Below, piece by piece: positions 56,082 to 64,000 of a stretch of DNA of 64,000 nt (position 1 is the stretch's first letter; each line of letters starts with the position of its first letter). Source of the DNA: Octopus vulgaris (taxonomy: Eukaryota); NCBI GenBank assembly GCA_951406725.2, contig OX597830.1:15872001-15936000 (forward strand), in the 5' to 3' direction. The notes beneath the pieces are model-generated. The model saw only the letters and a program-made list of their open reading frames with translations, was not told the DNA's origin and did no database searches. Both the position numbers and the translations under genes were made by a program.

Positions 56082-56574
56082 AATAACCTTAGCATTTGAT
56101 TTTTTGATGTCCTTACCCCCAAACTTTTGTGAGTTGAATTAAGCAAACACTATATATGAGAGAGATTTTCTTTAAGTATTAGAAATAGCTTTAAAAAAGT
56201 TTTTTAGCTGCTATTTCTAATGAGTTCAGTATGCGGCAAAGTAATTTATTTTACTAAGCCCTTTTATATAATGTAATAATTTGAATTCGCCTTAAATGGT
56301 CCCTTTGCATACTGAACACTTGGTGAAATTGATTAATAATTAATTAATTTTACCCTCAATTGTTGAAATTATAATTAATCTCCCTCTAATTAATGCTTCG
56401 GATTTTACCGAAATAAGCATAGTGTTTGATGATTTTAACCCACGCTGGTGGAAAGGGGAGAACATAAATTCTTCGCTTGCTTATTTGGGTTTGTTGGCAC
56501 TGTTAGTTACGAGCGGATCTTCGAAAGGGTATGTTCTTACTTTCAGTGTTTCCAAATCCAAACCAAGGAGTTTC

Positions 56575-56626
56575 TGAGCTGATGATAGAAGTGTTGTTTT
56601 GACTAATCTTGAAACGTACGTTCTCA
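56575..56626 (+). ncRNA. Hammerhead-like motif in the 545-bp unit (copy 3)
   Basis: Identical to copy 2, 545 nt downstream on the same strand. Confidence 0.6.
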
Positions 56627-57057
56627 AATAACCTTAGCATTTGATTTTTTGATGTCCTTACCCCCAAACTTTTGTGAGTTGAATTAAGCAAACACTATAT
56701 ATGAGAGAGATTTTCTTTAAGTATTAGAAATAGCTTTAAAAAAGTTTTTTAGCTGCTATTTCTAATGAGTTCAGTATGCGGCAAAGTAATTTATTTTACT
56801 AAGCCCTTTTATATAATGTAATAATTTGAATTCGCCTTAAATGGTCCCTTTGCATACTGAACACTTGGTGATATTGATTAATAATTAATTAATTTTACCC
56901 TCAATTGTTGAAATTATATATATATACATATATATACATATATTTATATATATATATATATACATATATATGCATATATACATATATATACATATATACA
57001 TACATATATATATATACATATATACATACATATATATATATACATATATATACATAT

Positions 57058-57124
<67 letters not shown>

Positions 57125-57133
57125 TAGAAAGAG

Positions 57134-57182
<49 letters not shown>

Positions 57183-57407
57183 TACACAGATGTAAATTGT
57201 AAAACATAACTGCCATCACTACTACATGAACCTGAAGATCGCATAGTTTAATGCATGAAAGCACTAGTTCAATCAGAATGGACATTTAATATTCTACCAT
57301 TTCATTATATTTTGTTATCTTATATTATATTATTACAAGATTGTAAATAAAACGTGAAAATCAGACCAAGTTGGAATTTCTTTGAATAATACATATATAT
57401 ATATATA

Positions 57408-57702
57408 TCACGTGATCACGTGACCGACCAGACCATCAGACGTTGTTACACATCGCTGGTCACAATGCGTTCGCATTGTTTTAGCCTTCAAATGACGCCA
57501 CCCCGCTGGCTAAGCGAGCAGGCCAACAGAAGAAAGAGTGAGAGAAAGGTGTGACGAAAGAGTACAGCAGGGATCGCCACCACCCCCTGCCGGAGCCTCG
57601 TGTAGCTTTAAGTGTTTTCGCTCAATAATTCCCGGTCTGGGAATCGAAACCGCGATCCTACGATTGCAAGTCCGCTGCCCTGACCACTGGGCCATTGCGC
57701 CT

Positions 57703-57706
<4 letters not shown>
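57408..57706 (-). mobile_element. SINE head C with tail type 4, ending at (TA)n
   Basis: Reverse head C, then ..gccagcggggtggcgtcatttgaagg..ggtcacgtgatcacgtga. Confidence 0.85.
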
Positions 57707-57754
<48 letters not shown>

Positions 57755-58135
57755 CGATTATCGATATATATATACATATATATATATATATAAACATTGA
57801 AAATAAACGCTCGTCAGGTAAAGAGACACGGGTGTCTCTTACGTGAGTACAAACAACTGCGCATGCACGAATACCCGCAAAATATACATATACAATAAAT
57901 ATACACATACGCACACTCACACACATAAATGTTGATTTACGAAAGCTATCCTAATCCATTTCCTGTCAAAAGCATTTTCGTAAGTCTGTCCGAAACATCC
58001 AATCTTGTCTTCAGATTTTAGTTAGCCTCTGTTTCATGCGTTCTGAGTAATAAAAAGCTCTTCTTTCCTAAGTCTAAAGTTACTCTGATGGTCGAAAGCA
58101 AAAATAGTCGTGTGTGCTATACGATGCATGGATGT

Positions 58136-58218
58136 CACCCCCCTCTACTACTACTACTACAACTACTACTACTGCTGCTGCTGCTGCTACTACCACTATT
58201 ACTACTAGCAGTAGCAGT

Positions 58219-58250
<32 letters not shown>

Positions 58251-58349
58251 TAGTAGAGGGGGTGGCTACTAGTAGTAGTAATAGTAGTAAGCAAGCGCAA
58301 TGGGGTCTACGGAGAAATTTTAGTAGTAGTAGTAGTGGTGGTGGTAGTG

Positions 58350-58400
<51 letters not shown>

Positions 58401-58439
58401 AGAAAGCGCAATGGGGTCTACGGAGAAATTTTAGTAGTG

Positions 58440-58506
<67 letters not shown>

Positions 58507-58555
58507 CAGTAGTAGTAGTAGTTGTAGTAGTAGTAGTAGTAGTAGTAGTAGTAAA
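58136..58555. repeat. (CTA)/(TAG) microsatellite foldback plus a (TAG)n array with a duplicated ~29-bp insert
   Basis: caccccctcta(cta)n(ctg)n ... (cag)n(tag)nagggggtg; aagcgcaatggggtctacggagaaatttt at ~58294 and ~58404. Confidence 0.8.
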
Positions 58556-58660
58556 CGACCGTAGCAGTGAATAGACGGAGACTCTCTCAGCCCTCACACA
58601 CTTGATCCAATGAAATATCCAGAATATCAGAGAAAGACCAGAGAGAGAGAGATAGAGAGA

Positions 58661-58694
<34 letters not shown>

Positions 58695-59043
58695 GAGAGA
58701 GAGAGAGAGAGAGAGGAAGAGAGAGAGAGAGAGAGAGAGGGAGAGGCTGCATTAGCACAGGGTTGATTCTTATTTATCGACCTCGAAAGATGAAGGCGAA
58801 GTTGACCTCGGGGGTGGGGGTAGAGAAGTAATAAGACAGAACATTGTAATCAATTCTCATACGACTCTGCCATTCTACCGCTTTACACATTCCCTCGGTG
58901 TGTGTGTGTGTATGTGTGTGTGTGTTCGTGTGTGTGTGTATGCGTGTGTGCGTGCGTGCGTGTATGCGAGCATGCGTACCTCTGTGTGTGTTTGTACGTG
59001 TGTATGTAGATAGATAGATAGATGGATGGATAAAGTAGGTAGG

Positions 59044-59124
<81 letters not shown>

Positions 59125-59154
59125 GGGTAGGTAGATGAATGGATGAAGTAGGTG

Positions 59155-59230
<76 letters not shown>

Positions 59231-59593
59231 TAAACACAGAAATAGATATTCTTAATTTCCGTTCCCAGTCGTCCTCGGAAGATTCCATATATATATCTTC
59301 TTAATTTCCGTTCGGCTGTCCTGCATCTTCGGACAGTTTCAGAAACATATCATTTTTCAGCGATAAAATGTTGCTAGAACCATGCTAAATTCTTCTCGAT
59401 TTCGGGTGGTTGGGGCGCTGTGAATGGCTCACCACGATTCTCCCGACACTGCAACGTAGCAGAGAGCGAGAGAGAGAGAGAGAGAGGGAGAGAGAGAGAA
59501 AGAGAGGGAGAGAGGGAGAGAGAGAAAGACAAAGAAAGACAGAGACAGACTGACAGACAGACAGATCAAACACAGAGACAGAAAGAGTTGGCG

Positions 59594-59808
59594 ACGGCGA
59601 GCTGGCAGAAACGTTAGCACGCCGGACGAAATGCTTAGCAGTATTTCGTCTGTCGTTACGTTCTGAGTTCAAATTCGCCTTTCATCCTTTCGGGGTCGAT
59701 TAAATAAGTACCAGTTACGCACTGGGGTCGATATAATCGACTTAATCCCTTTGTCTGTCCTTGTTTGTCCCCTCTGTATGTAGCCCCTTGTGGGCAGTAA
59801 AGAAATAA
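59594..59808 (+). mobile_element. SINE family B with a small internal deletion
   Basis: Homologous to the copy at 44170. Confidence 0.88.
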
Positions 59809-60735
59809 GAAATCTACTAAATATCAAATTTAGAAAAATTAAAAGAAAAGTTTTTTTAAAAGAATATTAGTATAGTGTTGAATTACAAGTGGCATTTTCC
59901 TTGTTTCTGTCTGTCTCTCTTGTTTACTCTTGTGGGTTCGAGGATATTTATATGCATTAAAAAAAACTTTTTCTGCTACGCTTGTGAAAAAAACCATCAT
60001 GTTTCACGGTTGTAACTTAATATTTCCGCTTCGATACAATTGCAGAATCGAAATAATTCGAAAGGAATGAAAAGCCAAGCCGTGAATAACTTCAGCATTT
60101 AATCGTAGTAAAAATTTTAAAGAGCAACATTGTTTACTTAGTATTAAATATAAATTGAAAATAAATAGAGTGAAAAATGACCATTGCTAAACTCGTCAAT
60201 CTCCTATAATACACATTGGAATTATGAACTCATGAACGTGATAAACAATTGTTTGAATTATATGTACAATTAATTTGAGCCTAATCGGATTAGATTTACA
60301 CAAAGGCTAAAATGTATGTGGGAGATTAAACAGCCAGAATTAGACCTGGGCATTAAACGTATAGATGTGCGAGCAAAGCGCATCAATAAACTAATATACA
60401 TATAGCTGAATGGTCATATTTATTGCGGGGCAACACTACAAAAATAATAAATAAATAAATAAAATCTCAAAACACCAACATTGATGTCGACATCAATAGA
60501 CAGTAGTGGAAATAGCCCACTTCGACTCTAGACCGTCATAAAACATCTAACAACAACTTAGTCAACGGCAAAAGCCAAGTACAGTTACTTAGAAATAGTC
60601 AACTTGCTAGAGGACAAAAGATAGTAAAATGATACCTTCCGCGAACAGAGAAATTGTTTGTTCCTTCTCGAGCCATGCCTGGCTCATAAGGGCCGGTTTT
60701 CCGGTTTCCTTGGCGTATAGGTTCCCCACCTGGAC

Positions 60736-60960
60736 GGTTATGTGAAGGAGCATTCAAAAAGCGAGTTATGCAAATCATTTAACAACATAGGCGCAGGAGT
60801 GGCTGTGTGGTAAGTAGCTTGTTTACCAACCACATGGTTCCGGGTTCAGTCCCACTGCGTGGCATCTTGGGCAAGTGTCTTCTACTATAGCTTCGGGCCG
60901 ACCAAAGCCTTGTGAATGGATTTGGTAGATGGAAACTGAAGGAAGCCCGTCGTATATATG

Positions 60961-60996
<36 letters not shown>

Positions 60997-61426
60997 GGTG
61001 TATGTTTGTGTGTCTGTGTTTGTCCTCCTAGCATTGCTTGACAACCGATGCTGGTGTGTTTATGTCCCCGTCACTTAGCGGTTCGGCAAAACAGACCGAT
61101 AGAGTAAGTACTGAGCTTACAAAGAATAAGTCTTGGGGTCGAGTTGCTCGACTAAAGGCGGTGCTCCAGCATGGCCGCAGTCAACTGACTGAAACAAGTT
61201 AAAGAGTAAATGAGTAAAATTCCGTTACACCGTGAAAATCATTACCACGAGGCTGGCCAGCTATGTTTTAGAAAAATCTAAACCATACATAAACGGTTCT
61301 AATAAATGCAGGCTTTGTTTGGCAGAAAGGGCACATATCGTATTTAGATCCAAGATACCAAACTCGATTTTGAACTCAAGATCCGAGATTTGTCGTAGTT
61401 GCAAACATATGCAAAGATTTCTTTAA
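60736..61426 (+). mobile_element. Penelope-like GIY-YIG endonuclease C-terminal remnant, interrupted by a SINE A
   Basis: GLCEGAFKKR/YANHLT [SINE] FRY..TTRLASYV..KSKPYINGSNKCRLCLAE..ILNSRSEICRSCKH matches the Penelope EN C-terminus pattern. Confidence 0.8.
60790..61218 (+). mobile_element. SINE family A nested in the Penelope EN remnant
   Basis: Full-length copy. Confidence 0.9.
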
Positions 61427-61554
61427 AAAATTTGGAACATTAAAAAATTTGGTCAACAATTGATTTATATATATTTCTTTTTCACGTTAGCATATCATCT
61501 CATGTTCATATTTTTATTACATATTTTATTTCAAATATTTTATATTTCGATATA

Positions 61555-61666
61555 TATATTTCTTTACTACCCACAAGAGGCTAAACATAGAGGGGACAAA
61601 CAAAGACAGACAAAGGGAATAAGTCGATTACATCGACCCAGTGCGAAACTGGTACTTTATTTATCG
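61555..61666 (-). mobile_element. SINE family B 3' fragment
   Basis: tttctttactacccacaag..gtcgattacatcgacccagtgcg. Confidence 0.75.
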
Positions 61667-62078
61667 AGGATCTTTTCCTTTTGAACGGCACTTTGTAACA
61701 TAATTTCTAGGTAACTAAAAAGTTTTAAACTTCTTATACTGGTAGAATGTGTTTATAAAACATCATTTTCTCTTGGCTTTATTGAGAAAATTCTATAGGT
61801 TGTAAGATATTTCGTCTTTAATTTCTAGCATTTCGGCAATTTTAACCAATCGCTGACGTCCATTTAGGTAAATAACATTCTGTGCATAATGAATATGTCC
61901 CTCCTTTAAGAAACAGATTGGGTTTATTTACATTTGTGAAGAAAAAAAGATACCCTTCCCCAACCCCTAACCCTAACTAACCCTAACTAACCCTAAATCT
62001 AAAATAGATTGAAATGCAATAGATCGATACTAGGGCCATAATTATGGGTGACATTTTCATTTGACACTGCTAGAAAAA
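61667..62078 (+). mobile_element. Non-autonomous DNA element with internal CCCTAA-like repeats
   Basis: Starts aggatcttttccttttgaacggca and contains aaccctaaccctaactaaccctaactaaccctaa at 61962-61996. Its distal part recurs at 62104-62168 and 62740-62803. Confidence 0.5.
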
Positions 62079-62103
62079 TATCCCATTTTCCGTAGCGGTG
62101 TCG

Positions 62104-62318
62104 TACGAAATTGTCACCCATAATTATAACCCTAGTATCGATCTATTGCATTTCAAGCTATTTTAGATTACATCCCCGTAACTTCTAAAAGGTATAAAAT
62201 GGAAGAAACCGATTGTGAAACGATGGTGGGAAACAAACACAGGCATGAAGACACACATATATGAGCAGACACATGGAACCAAATAGTTGGAAAGCCAACT
62301 TCTTACCTCACAGCCACG

Positions 62319-62410
<92 letters not shown>

Positions 62411-62495
62411 TAGATAGATAGATGCATACATACATACATACATACATACATACATGCATACATATGCATGTATGTATGTCTGTATGTATGTATGC

Positions 62496-62588
<93 letters not shown>

Positions 62589-62803
62589 CGTGGCTGTGAG
62601 GTAAGAAGTTGGCTTTCCAACTATTTGGTTCCATGTGTCTGCTCATATATGTGTGTCTTCATGCCTGTGTTTGTTTCCCACCATCGTTTCACAATCGGTT
62701 TCTTCCATTTTATACCTTTTAGAAGTTACGGGGATGTAATCTAAAATAGCTTGAAATGCAATAGATCGATACTAGGGTTATAAATATGGGTGACAATTTC
62801 GTA
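62104..62803. repeat. ~700-bp near-perfect palindrome centred at ~62461
   Basis: Arms 62104-62320 and 62587-62803 are reverse complements with ~1 mismatch; the inner microsatellites are mirrored. Confidence 0.92.
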
Positions 62804-63033
62804 TATATATATATATATATATATATAATACTACAAAATTAGAGAATGGAGAAACATACTTAAATCAGTAAAGCATCAACTATCCGATGATACTCAATCC
62901 ATACTTTAATACACCATTACATATGAGTAAAGGCAATATATAAAATGAAATGAGATATACAGTAATAGTAAAAGTAAAAAGATAAAGAGATATAAGTAAA
63001 AAATTCCAAATATAATATGCAAATAAATCAAAA

Positions 63034-63141
63034 CTGACAGCTGTTTCGGCAGTGAGGACAGTCATACCTCATTTAACCTATAAGCCATAAAGGCAGGTAT
63101 AAATGAGGCATTAACAAGGATGCCCCACGGCCTCTTCAGAG
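63034..63141 (-). ncRNA. Type I hammerhead ribozyme with a long stem II, in a (TA)n-flanked unit (~62825-63148)
   Basis: Minus strand reads CU-CUGAAGA-GGC...(UGCCUCAUUUA/UAAAUGAGGUA)...GCC-GAAA-C AGCU G-UC|-AG. Palindromic CAGCUG and GUC site; stem I is short. Confidence 0.7.
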
Positions 63142-63142
63142 A

Positions 63143-63186
<44 letters not shown>

Positions 63187-63187
<1 letters not shown>

Positions 63188-63266
63188 GATAATTATTTGA
63201 GGTAATATTAATCCTAACTTACAGGGAAAAAATTCAATTTAGAAATACTAAATCAAATTTCACACA

Positions 63267-63334
<68 letters not shown>

Positions 63335-63552
63335 AAATTAGAAAGAACCACCTTTTATCAATTCATAATGAACAAATAGATTACACCATCTAGAAAAATA
63401 TATACGTTTTTATTATTTTTTTGCAATTTACTTAATCATTGGTATTTAATTGTTATTTTAGTTTTAATATTTCTATTATACGTAATTTTCTAGATGGTGT
63501 AATTTAATTGTTCATTTTGAATTGATAAAAGGTGGTTCTTTCTAATTTTATA
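63187..63552. repeat. (TA)n-flanked AT-rich foldback element, same family as 2355-2640 in opposite orientation
   Basis: 63187-63272 is the reverse complement of ~2551-2636. Inverted arms lie at 63332-63400 and 63480-63552. Confidence 0.75.
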
Positions 63553-64000
63553 TATATATGTATATATATATATATACATACACACACTCACTCACACACC
63601 TGTATGTACGCGCACACACATGCACACACACACACTTCCACACACCCACACGTACATACATACACACTCATACACATACACACACACACACACACGGACA
63701 TACATCTATGCACACACATATATACACACATACTCACATACATTCATCGGACACACTGACACCCAGACATACACACAGACACACTCACACATCCACACAC
63801 ATACATACTTACGCGCATACTCGCAGGCGCGCGCACACACGCGCTTGCGCCGGTTCGCGCACGCATACGCGCTGCATGCACCTCGCTCTTGGACCCGACG
63901 AGACCTCCCGCTCGTTCCTGGGACCGTCGCCTGTCGTTAGGTTCTCCCACGCCCGTCTCCGCGGGACCACTCTTCCATCTTCCCCTCAGCTGGAGTCCTT

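Larger units (their letters stand above)
55245..56918. mobile_element. (TA)n-flanked tandem-plus-inverted array of a 544-545-bp unit (Penelope pseudo-LTR / retrozyme-like)
   Basis: Forward 55245-55927 (~1.25 units), then inverted ~55933-56918 (~1.8 units). Copies are nearly identical; the duplicate ORFs at 55958 and 56503 are 545 nt apart. Confidence 0.85.

Noticed and set aside
55958-56146. Duplicated 62-aa ORF (also at 56503)
   Set aside because: Non-ATG start, no recognisable domain, and antisense to the hammerhead strand; its duplication reflects the 545-bp repeat.
57808-57845. Minus-strand CTGACGA beside a hairpin (aagagacac/gtgtctctt)
   Set aside because: No GAAA core in the correct position; may be a truncated relic but cannot be supported.
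63840-64000. GC-rich segment at the window edge (possible promoter or repeat)
   Set aside because: Truncated by the window end, with no diagnostic feature.

Overview
This is repeat-dominated, AT-rich animal DNA, most likely an Octopus (coleoid cephalopod) genome; that assignment is inferred from the SINE families and the very high (TA)n/(TAA)n/(TACA)n/(GATA)n density. One host gene can be assembled by hand on the + strand. It has 5 coding exons (31907-39187), all GT-AG and phase-consistent, and encodes a 221-aa secreted protein: signal peptide, a 12-Cys AmFPI-1/IGFBP-N-like module, and two thyroglobulin type-1 domains. The rest is mobile DNA. A same-strand stack of R4/Dong-clade RT+REL retrotransposons sits in (TAA)n tracts (~14.9-26 kb), including a 5'-truncated ~953-aa ORF broken by a single 1-nt deletion. 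A ~550-bp non-coding element is also found in (TAA)n tracts. There are Penelope GIY-YIG remnants and (TA)n-embedded non-coding units carrying minimal type I hammerhead ribozyme motifs (three unrelated families, five motif copies). Also present are four tRNA-derived SINE head types (two of which share tails), Tc1/mariner elements, MITEs, Helitron-like elements and several long palindromes. Most long ORFs in the supplied track are microsatellite artefacts. All calls are by eye and no database search was run.
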